This document shows positions 49,701 through 62,000 of a DNA stretch of 64,000 nucleotides, in pieces. Location of the stretch: assembly GCF_964355755.1 (NCBI RefSeq), contig NC_092672.1, forward strand, positions 30,200,437 to 30,264,436, written 5' to 3'. The position numbers were made by a program, and so were the translations under genes. The notes below the pieces were generated by a model. That model saw nothing but the letters and a program-made list of their open reading frames with translations, searched no databases and was not told the DNA's origin. This DNA is from Antedon mediterranea (Eukaryota; Animalia; Echinodermata). Position 1 is the stretch's first letter, and every line of letters starts with the position of its first letter.

Positions 49701-51469
49701 ACATTTAACGCGCAGTCCGCGCGCAAAAATATGCGCACTCATGGCAATTTTGTAAACGCTTAAAATTGCCTGAAACGTACTCTTATTTCATCGAAAATAA
49801 ATTTCGAAAATGTTAAGCGCGCGTACGCATGCGTTACATGCGCTACGCACGTAATTGTATTGCCATATGATGATTTATGCCCTGAAATTTGTGAGTACCA
49901 ACTTTTATTTAATTGTGATTCATGGTTGTGAAGATATGATTACAAACGTGATTTCGTTAAATCGTGCGTAGACCGCGTAATTTTTTATTGCGCACCGTGA
50001 AAACATAACCACATTGATTCCTGGCCATAAGGAATATACTGTGAAAAATTGACCTAGCTAGATTAAACTGATATCAAGATAAGGTCAGAAAGCGATAAAA
50101 CGCATAGTGATACCGGACCGACAGACAGACAGACCGACAGACAGACCGACCAACCGACCGACATAGTGAACTATAGAGTCGCTTCCACGCGACTAAAAAA
50201 CAGGGTTTCTATTTAGGGTGTACAGTATATCTATATGCTAGCTGATGAATATTATTCTTCATTTAATAAAAAGTAATTATAATGATAAAAATATGTGCAG
50301 GAGGACAAAACAAGCTAAGACTTCACATTCCACCCCACCCCATAAAACAACTTGAGCTTAGGTACAAATAAACAATAATAAATAAAATAACAAAATAATA
50401 TTTTTTTATTTGTTAACTAAAGTAAAAAATATCAGCTACACAAAAAAAAATGTAGTTGGCCTAGTAAGTATTGAAAAAGTAATTAATATTAAATTAAATC
50501 AATCAAATTAAAAAACATGACTTTTTTACCTTCCAAATCAGTAAGCGTATGATAGTATTCAGTTCAGGCTCAAACCTTGGTAGGAAATCAGACTGCAAAA
50601 TTACAAAAATATTTACTGATTTTTTATAAACATTTTTATTTACACAAATTATAAAAATTAAGAATATTATTATATTACTAATAGTAATATATGCCTAGCT
50701 AGATCATTGGGCTGAGTTTGGCAGTAAACAGGGTAAACTAATTTAGGCCTAATAAAACTTATGTTGTATTGGACAAATATCATATAAATTATACACGATC
50801 TTGGAATTTTAAAATTTCAGATTGGGTAAGTGAGTTTTAAAAAAAAAGTTCAAATTCAAACATTTACCTTTAAAAACTTGAAAACATTTGATAATTGTGC
50901 CTTGATTATCTGCAGAATCTCATTATCTAATTCTGATGAATCAAGCTGAAAACATTATAAAGTAATAGGAAACATAGGCCTAAATTGTCTCTTCTTCTGA
51001 GTGAGTCCTTCTACTACTCTAGCTTGTATGTAGGCCTAGTAGGCTAGCCTCCTAGACCTAGGTAGGCCTAGCCTGGCTAGGCTTACAGCAGAATACCTGT
51101 CCTGAGGCTGACTGGTGTGGTTGTAGTACTGTGAGTAGATATTTTTAATTTAGCATTTGCGTATTATTTAATAAGGAAGCCTTCTAGGTTGTGTAGTATT
51201 AGTACAATAGTTAAAACTGCCACAGATCCCATACTGTTTTTATGAATCAAGGGGTTGAAGAATTGCCACACGTGGGTTGGGGCAAACCGACTCCTGAATG
51301 AGGCTGGTTACAGATTACTCACTCTGGTCTTGTGTAAATGGGGATGATGGAAGAAGATAGGCCTAGCTAGCCTTACTTAGGCTAGCCTAGATGTCTACCT
51401 ATTTCAAACAATGCTTACCTGACTGACTCGTAGTGCCAACAATCCTTTTTTATCTGCATTCGAGGCCAT
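46751..51469 (-). CDS. PEX2: Peroxisome biogenesis factor 2 (RING peroxin), 7 coding exons, 294 aa
   Basis: Exons 51419-51469 (MASNAD..LRVSQ), 50868-50945 (LDSSELDNEI), 50530-50592 (RFEPEL), 49159-49350 (ATLGQQMLNLKY), 48655-48807 (NFLIFLRNGKY..ERLLG), 47636-47884 (FEFMTRELLWHGFSEFL; RING CAICGEWPTMP..GCAHVFCYYC) and 46751-46849 (CPSC, stop). All introns are phase 0; total 885 nt. Confidence 0.95.
48167..48482. mobile_element. MITE with ACCCTTTTCACA TIRs in a PEX2 intron
   Basis: ACCCTTTTCACACCTGCA..ACAACTTGT / ACAAGTTGT..TGTAGATGTGAAAAGGGT. Confidence 0.65.
49409..50196 (+). mobile_element. Helentron-associated/DINE-1-like element with a (GACA/GACC)n microsatellite in PEX2 intron 3
   Basis: Sub-terminal inverted repeat AGTCGCGTG (49430) / CACGCGACT (50186). 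3' hairpin AGTCGC-TTCCAC-GCGACT followed by an A-run. Direct-repeat microsatellite blocks at 49447-49530 and 50102-50175. Confidence 0.7.
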
Positions 51470-51699
51470 AACAATCAACCTATAAATACGACTATAACAG
51501 CCTTATAACGGCCTATAGTTAGGACTGTTTTTGTCGTCTTTTTTTCTGTTTAAGGAATTGCTTGTTGAAAGTTTTATATTGTTGATATAGAGGGCGTACT
51601 TTTAGAAATTGATTTATCACAGTCTGATTTCTTGGGATCCGCTTTAACACAATAATTCATATTTCATATTGAAAAATGTATGTAAACAATTTTACATCA

Positions 51700-52350
51700 T
51701 TATCACAAAAAAATCATCATAGTTATCCATCGCGCCGCCTTTCTAACACATTTTGTTTTTGTTTTTTTTATAGTTGATTTGAAGATTTGGACCCTGACAA
51801 AGTTTATTAACGTTACAAAAGATAAACAATTTAATTTGCAAAATGTTACAAAAGATAAGAAATGAATAAAATGCCATAATTGTTCCGTACCCGGAGCAGT
51901 ACTCATAAATAAATAATTTATATACAATTTTAATTCCAACTGTGTTATGAATTTAGGTACTTCCAATACATTGATCTCATTCTTTTTGTGTTTGTGCATA
52001 AACGCTGAAACGGCACGATTATCACTCGTAGCGCGCCTTACGGTGAGTGGAATTGTCGATGAGTATTCTAATTATTGTAGTAAATAACTCGCTACCATCG
52101 ACTTTTGTTAAAAGGCTTCTTTTCTTAAGTGTACGTGATAAAGCATTAGCCTTGCATAAGTAGCGATATTATAATTTATGTTGGGTGTGGCCGGCATAAC
52201 ATAGTTTAGGCCTCTCATAATGAGTGAATGAAAAATAGTATTTTTGTTTATGCAGTCTCTACCAGTTATCTTTGATGTCACAGGAGGATAAAACATACAC
52301 GCGGCGAACCATTATGCTATTAGTTTCCATCGGTCTGTAGGCTAACCAGG
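51700..52350 (-). mobile_element. Possible highly degenerate LINE RT relic between PEX2 and CROCC
   Basis: RKAARWIT resembles the LINE C-terminal VQRRAARWI motif; little else is recognisable. Confidence 0.3.
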
Positions 52351-52576
52351 AAGAATCGTTAGAATTGAACAATTCATCTCCCTGCTGTAATGAAGCCTAC
52401 CGGAATTAATTGAGGAAACCGACGATTCGAACCGAAGACAATAGGATTATTGGAGGGCGTATACCCACAAACATTATTATTGTCTAATCTTCGGTTGTGT
52501 TTTTGTTTTGTACAACCATCATCCCTTTTGATTGGCCAATCTGCAAATTTTTATCGAGAAGTCTTCATTCTACGGG

Positions 52577-52678
52577 ATGTCTTCTGATGAATCGGGCGAG
52601 TCTGAGGTGACGTCACGAACCAGGACCATTTACCATTTCTACGAGTCGTCTGATGAACTGGAAACTGCTATTGAACGG
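52577..52678 (+). CDS. CROCC: Candidate alternative first coding exon of rootletin
   Basis: MSSDESGESEVTSRTRTIYHFYESSDELETAIER|gtaata. Phase 0, so it joins exon 58707 in frame. LETAI resembles vertebrate rootletin LETVIQ. Confidence 0.5.
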
Positions 52679-54590
52679 GTAATATGATATAATTATTCCA
52701 TACACTTTAAAATAGATAGTGTTTTATTTAATAGACAAGTTGTGTATACATCATGTGTAGATGTGATCACACACGATCCTGGATCGAGTCTTCTGACGTC
52801 AATCTTTATCCCATGTGATGATCACTGTAGTATAGTGAGAGTTTATTTAGTCTTTATATTATAGGTTGTTTTAGGTAATATTTATGAGTAGGCCTAACGT
52901 CATATATATAATATGGTATGAGCATGTTGCAGTCAATATAGAAAGGATAGGCCTACTGCAGGATGTTTATTGTCGCTAAGGATTTTCCCACTTTTACCAT
53001 CACTATGCCAAATCATGACGTAAATGATGCTATAATGATGTAAAGTCGATGTGAATAATTATTTTCAAAGACAACATGATGATGTTATTAAACAAATTTT
53101 TATTTTTTTTATTTTATAAAAACATGTCCAAAGACAAAACAAACAAGCACCTATAATAATGATAATGACATGAATAATTTAAATAATTTTGATCAAACAA
53201 TTATTGAAGTTCCGGCCTATGACGATGATATCAAGTAAAAAATTTTTTTTTTAATAATATAATTTTAGTCTCGTCTCTAATTAGACAGCTTCCTTTTTAA
53301 TAATATTTATATTGTGAAAGGAACTGCCTTCATTCGATCGGTTACATACAATTATTACAAAAATTAAAATCAATATCGATTTTTGTAATAAAAATATTTA
53401 AAAACATCATTCATGTAAAGTATATTTCCAAGGTCGTTCGTTCCTCAGGAATCATCACTCAACATTTTTAAAATTCGGATCACGTCTGAACTGCAGCTGT
53501 AGACTACATTAGGCCCTATACACTCTATCCGTTGATGGTGCATTCGAGCAGTTCTAAAGATATAATACAAAACAAAAATTTAAAAAAATATACAACATAG
53601 CTATTATTAAAATTTTTTATTTCTTTCCATAGTTTTACTGTGGTGTGCACTGGATCTTATTCTAGATTGTGGAATATTTTGTTTGTTTTGTATGTTGTTG
53701 TCTTCGGTTTCTTTTGTTTACCTTTTTTGTTGTTGACTAAATTGTACCTTATTTTTTATTTTTTGGCAGCCCTCCACAAGTTTTCGCTTTCTGGGTTTCG
53801 CCGCTCTTATTTATAATTGTTTTATCACAAACTCTGTGATAGAAAAGAAAAGAGAAATAAATGTTCTGAAATGAAAAAAAAATGTATTAAAAAAAAAATA
53901 ATGAAATGATTTGAGAGATATATAATTTCAACACTGGTCAAGCTCTAGAGCAGCTCAATTTATGTTGTATTGTATAGACTTCTTCCTAATAAAAAGGGAG
54001 ATTATCTGTAAGTGAGGGTAGGAATGAACCCCTCTATAATCACGCACTTACCGCATCATGAAAATGCGAGTGTAAACCATGTTAAAGTTGTGTCTCAATA
54101 TCAAACTTTATGTGACAACACAGTGTGATGTGTCCTATAATTATGGACATGATGTCATCAAACTACCATATTTGGGCATATCATTACTTATTTTAATTTG
54201 TTTATTTTCATATCGTTTATACACAAAAAAACCACTTAAACAAAAGCAAAATTACAATTAAAATAAGTAAAAAAACCTCACTTTTTGTCAAAAGTTTGAT
54301 AGTGTAGACAGAGCTTTAGATAAATTAATAACATCTCTGTTTGGTATACGGTATATTTACAATCGTTTCATGATCTCTCTATAATATTCAGTAGTCCGGT
54401 ACTTGAAACAACAAAATACCTGATATAGGCCTATTGAAATATAACACGAGTATTTGAGGGTAGCTGTTGTATTATGTACGGGATTATGTAGCCATTGTTT
54501 ACACTATTACATGTTCATTACGATAATGATACTTGGAACAGATTTGCTTCTATCTGTGTTAAATGGCGGCCATACATTAGCATTGATTAC

Positions 54591-54604
54591 GTAACTATGG
54601 CAAC
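54591..54604. promoter_or_regulatory. RFX X-box motif GTAACTATGGCAAC with an adjacent YY1-like AAATGGCGGC
   Basis: Matches the GTHNYY-AT-RGNAAC consensus and lies in the 5' region of a ciliary gene. Confidence 0.45.
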
Positions 54605-55336
54605 ATATGTCTCTCTTAAAGTAACGATCCAAAGATCCAAACGACTAACTCTACCCAAAACACCTCATTATTATTATTATTGTGTAGGCCTACTTTACAT
54701 GTATTCTTGAAAATGATCGATTATTAGACCTACCCAGTGTGCTACAGGGCCAGATGTTTATGGCGGAGGAGTTCGGGTGATGTTTGCAGGAGGGGTTAGG
54801 GGGAGGGCCGGTCATAATTACACCACTGGTACAATCGTCACTTCGCGTACGCACTAATTAGGACTACGCACATGTAGGCCGTCCAAACGAGTTTTTATTT
54901 CTCCCTTTAACATAACAATATCGATTTTCAGATAATATTTTCCTACCATGTGTGTATAGAATACAAATAAGTATGAATGTCCATGCATACACTATGCGGC
55001 CGTATAAACAGTCTTATTGTCTTGCAAAGTGTGAATAGACGCTTGTCAGCCTTGGTCGTTTCTTTCAAGTTTGTATAGGAAATATTCTTAAGAATCAGGC
55101 TATGTATACTGTATGCGTCTTTACAGTAAAGTATATTGCATAAATTAGGGTAGGCCTATGCAAGATCTTGAGAGCATTGGCACATGGCATGTGCACGAAA
55201 GACGAAAATTGTGATTTATCTTGAAATGATTGTGAGTATAGTTAGTTAAGTTCATGGCACATTAGATCGAGGCCGACTGAAATTCAGCAATTGGCGTTCT
55301 GCAGTAGCAACGTATAAGCCTTACACTAAGGCTGAA

Positions 55337-55497
55337 GCTCTGTCTACACTATCACACTTTATGTGACAAAAATATATGTGATGTGCCCATATATTGACAT
55401 GGTGATTTTCTATCACTACCATATTAGGGCATATCAATACCATATTTGGGCCGTCACACGTATTGTCAAACTATAGTGTGATAGTGTAGACAGAGCT
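55337..55497. mobile_element. Harbinger-like MITE copy
   Basis: AGCTCTGTCTACACTATCAC...GTGATAGTGTAGACAGAGCT. Confidence 0.8.
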
Positions 55498-56395
55498 TTA
55501 GTTTGCTAATTCATTTGGCAAGATAATTTTGCTATCATGGATCAGTAAGTTGAACTGGAAAGTTCGAAAAATACAGAAAATTATTTTGCAGAGGTTATGC
55601 AGTTTACATACTGAAGTTTGTGTCCCATAATGACAACTTCAATGTAACTTGCCTACTGTGGACTTGGCACTACAAATTTCCAATGACTCACATCATTTCC
55701 ACTACACAGGACTTTAATCTCAGTCTTCTGGTGGAGATACTAAATCTGGTTCCTAAGTTAATAGCTTTCACTGGTCTGTGTGTTGAGTAGGCCCACAGTC
55801 TAATTCTGACTGATATGCGGCCCTATGTGAATTTGTATAATTGTAAAAAAAAAAATAATGCGCGATCAATGCAATATTTATTTATTTATTAATTTATAAA
55901 CTTATTTTACATGGATGACATTTTCATTGAAAATAATGTTCTTACAAATGGTCCATGATTAAGATATGCATGCATAATAGTGAATATAGTCATGAGTTAC
56001 AAAAACAAAATAAAAATTTGTTTTGTTTTAGATTATCGAAAGACATACAAGTACAATTACATTTTAAATACAGATACAGACTATATCTACCTATTCCTAT
56101 TTTAGTTATGAATTCCATAAGTGGTTTATAATTTAATCTGAGAGATACATTCATTATGCGATTATTTTTCATAAATAAAATCATTACAAAAAAGGCAAAG
56201 CAAACAAAATAAATAAATAAATAATAAACTATGAATGCGCACAGTTTAACTTTAAAACACAGTAGTTTACTTGTGATTGATTATCACTGTATTATATTAC
56301 ATTTTAGTTCTTTATTCATTGTTGTCCAAACACTATTGTTTGGCCCTCTTTGACATTTCTGCAAAGTTATTCACATCATGCTCTTTAAAGTCCTC

Positions 56396-56408
56396 GTCTC
56401 TTGGCAAC
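56396..56408. promoter_or_regulatory. RFX X-box motif GTCTCTTGGCAAC in the CpG-rich CROCC promoter region
   Basis: 13-bp X-box about 500 bp upstream of the ATG at 56897. Confidence 0.45.
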
Positions 56409-56896
56409 GGGACGCTTCATAGCGTCTGTTCGCTGGGGGTCGCGTCGACTCCGCCCACTTTTCCTGATTATTTACCCTTCGACCTTCTTTCCGTGAAGCA
56501 CCTAGCTTCCTTCCGATTCGTTCCAACTCGCTGTGTGTGACGCGTGGCCTAGCTAGCTAGGGGCCTGGTAGAGCAAGTCGATCGAAAAGTGTCGTTAAAA
56601 GACGATATTATTGATGCAATAGACTTAGTGGACAAATGAAAAGTTGCAAATTGTTTAGAATTATACGTGTTGGTGGATGTTTAATCGTAAATTAGCCTGT
56701 AGACGCCATATGATTTCTGTATAGTTAGGCGTTTGCTGCAACAATCACATTTTGTGTCAACAGGTTGCGGTGTCAGGGAAAATTTGCCTGCCCTACCTCG
56801 GGAAAGAGTCGAGTTTTCCTTGTTGGCTAGGCCTAGCCTAGATTAAGATTAGGAAACATTAATTGTGTAGTATTTACTATTATATATTGATTGGAC

Positions 56897-59003
56897 ATGT
56901 CTACACCATCACAATATGATGAACGATTGGAACGAGTGATCCAGGTAAAACATTATTTATTTAAAAATCAATTAAAAAAAATTTTATTTTTTGATATTAA
57001 TGAATTGTAAAGTTTATCGATTTATTTTTATAAATATAAGTTAAAAGCACAGAGGACAGGGCTAGGCTGGCCTACTACTCTAGATATTACTAGTCTAGGC
57101 TGCCTTTAGTTTTACATTTATTCAGCACTTGATTCAACTTCAGAGACTTGGCCTACAGCAGTAGGCCTACAGTAGTTCCTTTTTTGGTTCATGACTGTTG
57201 TTCCAGTCCAGGCAGGGTTATTGTAGATAAGGCCGGTATACTCTGTAAACTTGTAAACTGGGTATTCATCCATTGTACAAATTATGGATCTGGGATTATG
57301 ATCTTTTATTAAATATTATAATAAAAGTATTTATTTTACATTTTATTAGACACATGTTACTTTTTTTTTCAATGATGAGATTTTGACATAAATCAGTATC
57401 ATATTATTATTAATATTATTATCAACAATTTACTTGGGAGATATAACAGGGCCAGATCGTCTTTTTACCTTACCATCTTCATCATTAAATGCAATGTTTA
57501 TTAATAATTAGTAAACTTCTTTAAAGCATGACATCTTAATAATTTTTGGTCTTTATTAAATGATTGACATTAATTTACTGGATTTGCTCACCCATTTTTG
57601 AGAAGACATGTAATTGGCAGTTCAGGCCTCCTACAGTGTAATCAGATACAATTGTTTTATGTCAATATTTGAATGATAACTCTCTAAAAACCAAAGACAT
57701 ACTAACCTTTAATAAGTAACTGCTTGACCAAATGGTCAGTACTAACTGTAGTGTGTTTGTGGCATGCATATAGCTTAGCCTTTTTTAGTGTTCTGAAAAT
57801 TTGCACTGACTGAAAAAATTGACATGGATTCACCACAAGAACAGGTTTGATAGTTTTTTCAGTCTTTAGAATGACTGGTTTAGATTTATAAATACAGGTT
57901 ATTTGAGCACTTTCAATTTGAAAAACCAACAATTATTCATTCATTATCATTATGCACTTGTCAATTGTATGACCCACTATACGACCCCCGGGAGAGGTGC
58001 GTCATCGGTGCGTCATTTATAAATAATTACTGACGCAGGGGTGCGTCAAAAAACCTAGATGGTACGTCACATCAATGAACAAGGTGTGTCAATGTCCGTC
58101 ACTTTACCACCCACCATATCATAAACAACATGGTCACAGTGCGTCAAAATGGGTGCGTCATGGTCACCTAAAGGTAAATCACCTTTTTGACGCACGGGTG
58201 CGTCATGGTATTCAAAAGTATGACGCACATCGGACAAATGACGCACCTCTCCCGGGGGTCGTATAGTGGGTCATACAATTGACAAGTGCATTAGGAGTTC
58301 CATGTTTGATAGTACAGTAATAATATTAATATTGTTAATACTGAGCTCAAAAACTTCCCTAACAGTAACAGTAACAATAACATAAAACGATATGAGTCAA
58401 GCTGAACATGAAAAATGGAGCAAATATGGTATATTAATTGCTTTCTGATATTTACTATTTCACATGCCAGTACAATACACTATTGTACTCTACAGTACAC
58501 ATTAATGTACAGTACTGCATGTTTCATTTACCAATCAGATCATTGATTTCCCAATAATGTGACTCATAATAATATTGTTTAACTATGCTAAGGAAGTTTG
58601 CCAAATTGTCTTTGACAACAATTAGACAATTTCAAACACTCGGACTGTTCACTGCTTTATTCTACAGAGAAGGAATAATTTTAATACTTTTTCTTTTCCA
58701 ATGTAGAAACTGGAAGATACCGTTCTCTCCAACCCAGACGACGACCAGCTACCACCCGTGAAAGGCGAGGACAATAGTCCAACGAAAGTTCCGGCACGAA
58801 TCCGTGAGATTATCACAAAAAATTTATCAGAGGAGGACCTTACGCCCTTGGAATACACCAACGGCACGACACCAAGCATGATGTCGATGCAAGAAGAGAA
58901 TCGTATGCTGCAGAATGAGCTTAGTCGAGTGGAGGACCTGCTCGCTGGAAGCCGGGCGGAGCGAGACGAACTTGCGATTAAATATCAAGCACTTGCAGAT
59001 AGA
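56897..59003 (+). CDS. CROCC: Rootletin (ciliary rootlet coiled-coil protein), 5' exons only; the gene continues beyond the window
   Basis: Exon 56897-56944 (MSTPSQYDERLERVIQ|gtaaaa) and exon 58707-59003 (KLEDTVL..VPARIREIITKNLS..MQEENRMLQNELSRVEDLLAGSRAERDELAIKY|gtaagt). Matches the vertebrate rootletin N-terminus LPALIREIVTRNL..ELSRVEDLLAQSRAERDELAIKY. Confidence 0.92.
57953..58290. mobile_element. Young MITE with ~52-bp perfect TIRs and a TTA TSD in a CROCC intron
   Basis: TTA|TGCACTTGTCAATTGTATGACCCACTATACGACCCCCGGGAGAGGTGCGTCA ... exact reverse complement|TTA. Internal GTGCGTCA repeats. Confidence 0.9.
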
Positions 59004-62000
59004 GTAAGTTGTTGCAAATTTGTTTTTCTCTTTCTTTGTACTGTATGTGTATGACATTTTTTTACAATTGTGAATTGAAGTTTCTTGTACTGTACACTAT
59101 ATCAAACTTTATGTGACAAAACAATTTGATGTTGTTGTTCCCATTATGATCTCATATCACTACTGTACCATATTTGGGTATATTACTACAATTTTTTGTC
59201 AAACTAGTTTGATAGTGTACAGTAGACACAGCTTTTATACTTATACAATACTATAGTACAGTACCTGTTTAGAAGATGTGATACTGCTCTGTATAACATT
59301 TTGATAAGCCTGTCTACATCTTTATAATTAAAACCATTATATTACCATTCAAAACGGTTTATTATCTTAATAAACTTTATTATAATCAATCTTGTAGTAT
59401 TTGAGATTGTCATTTTACCTAATTTTATAACCATTTATTCTCAAACTGGACAGACTAACGGTTCCAGTGTAAACTTTGACCCTTACAAACAGAGTTAGCG
59501 TCATTATGAGTGATGATACCAGGCCACAAAATGTTTGATTAGTGATAGTAGTCATGATATTCAAAGGTGCTTTGTTTGCTTAATAGTGCGTGATCAAACA
59601 CTACTCTTGCCACTTTTAACCCAGTCAATGGCACAATACACCTTTTCAAAATGTGTAGAATATGCTTTGGTTGCTACTAACTACAGTAGCCTAATTTGTT
59701 TTATTTGTTGAGTGTTTCAGGACGTAACAGTATTACCTTCCTGGAAGTTCTGTTTTAATTTTTCCACCTGCTAACAATACTTACATCCCTTCAAATAATG
59801 GTGCTTCCTAAAGTTTGTAAATTTTTAAGATTGGAAAGTAACATAACTACTGTACATTATCATATCGTAACATCAGACTGTGTTGATCTATTGCTGGGTA
59901 AATTCATCCTCTACAGTTCGCAATTTCCATTTTCTCCTGTCATTGCCATTCTTCTGTTCTTCTTTGTTTTTAGTTTTATTTGGTGATGATTTCATCTTTT
60001 GTCAATCTTTTGTTAGTACTACTGTATAACATTAACAAGCTGTATATTGTACTAATAAATAGAAACTAACATTAACAACAACATAGATAAGGAAATCAAA
60101 AATTAATTAGTTTTATTTTACAATTTAGCATACAGTAATAATACAGCTCTCTGTAGGCCCTACTCTATTTATCTGCTACAAAAATGAAACAAAACTATTT
60201 CTTTATAAATTCATTAGCATCATAATTTAAAAATATGATAAACAATGTATTTTAATCTTGATAAAGTGTGGTACACTATGATTTTGCGAGACTAGTTTCT
60301 GTCTAGTGGAGTCAAAATCCAGGTTTTGTTTTTGCACCATGCTGTCAACCTGTAACTGTAGGCCTACAGTGCAGTATCAGTACCCCGTCCCAAACTTGCC
60401 ATGATCATACAGTAGAATGCCACATTTTTACATGCCTTAGAATTGAGATAGAGAAAGTGCTATACTGTTAGTATCGTATCGTACTGTAAAATAATTGTAA
60501 GTCCTGACATGTTTTTAGCTATTGTACTGTACATCAATAATTCGCATCATAATTTCTTTAGTGCTCTAGTAAAATACAGCTGTTGGAATTTAAGGTTACA
60601 ATACATAAATTAAAATAAATTTCAGTTGTTTGTAAATTGTATTGGTCTTCTTGGTAATAGAAAAAAAGTGGGCACCATTCTGCAGTATTTTCCTACATTA
60701 AGTTGAAATCGTTGGACATACCGTACAGTAAAACTTTGGGGTCACGAGAGCACCATCATCGCTACTGTGCTGTGGGTGAATGCACTCATCAACAGTGTCA
60801 CTAAAGAAACTGCATTTTATTTCAGATACTGTATGTGTACATTTTTTTTATTGAGAATTATTGTTACTGTTGCAAATGATTGTCCAGCACATTGGATCGA
60901 TCAATGACGATTCTTTTTACAATGATAACCACATTTTTTTAAACCCTTCATAACGCCCTGTCTACACTATCAAACTACTGTAGTTTGACAAAAAAAGCGT
61001 ACTGTAATGTGCCCAAATATGGTAGTGATATGCTTAAATATTGTAATGATACATGACATCATCATGTCCAAATGGGCACATCAAATTTTTTTGTCACGTA
61101 AAGTTTGATAGTGTAGACCGGGCTTAACCCTCAATTCAAGATTAAGCCTCAATTTAAGCCTTTTAAACTCAAACTAAAAAGACAGAATTCGGTAGTGAAG
61201 AGGATTTTGTAGTAATCTGGATGTTCATTGATATTGCTGTCAACAGGAAGTCTTGTTCAGGTTTAGGAAGGAACTTGAAATAAAGATTTAACACTCCACC
61301 AAACACTTGGATGTCTCATTCTTCTTGTTCTCAATGTTTTGTAAAGATTTAATAAATTTTATTCTTAAAAATATGATATCCCCAAATCTCTAATAATAAT
61401 ATTAGTAATTGCTTGGTGTACAGACTTTCACATACATGAATGAAATTGATGCATTTGCCATATCTTCTTTTCCTCTAAAAAATATTTTAGTATTTTTTGT
61501 GTCTAAAGTACAGTACCTGGATAAACCGACATAGGTCTTTTCCCTTTTGAGGAGCGAAAATAAGTCCAAAACGAATGGAATTATAGAAAACCCTCCAAGG
61601 TAGTGGTATCGTCCATGAGTTGCGCGCTCAAGTGGGTGAATAGAAAGCCCTGCGGAATGATTACGCAGTAGTGTTATCCGAACTGTAGTATAATTATGCA
61701 CTTTTCTTTTTAGCTGTTTTACTTTACTCTTTTGGTTTAGATTTCTGCTTATTTTAGTAGCCTGCCTCCATTAAGATCCAGCCACTGTTGATACCCTTAG
61801 CATTTTCATTTTTTCAGTAATTTGCCTTTTTATTTTTCTAATGCTACTGTATAATAGGGAAAATCTTTACCTCAGTACCTTAGGCCTAATTTGGTCGATG
61901 CATATTAAAGTAAATTATTATCTAATTTATTCCTCCATAGTAACAATAAGGCCTTAATTAATGTTTTAATAGATTAGTCTGCTTGTTTTTTAAAATCTAA

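Noticed and set aside
61402-61701. 99-aa minus-strand ORF or a further rootletin exon
   Set aside because: No recognisable domain, coiled-coil character or convincing splice sites. No more CROCC exons were identified between 59004 and 64000.
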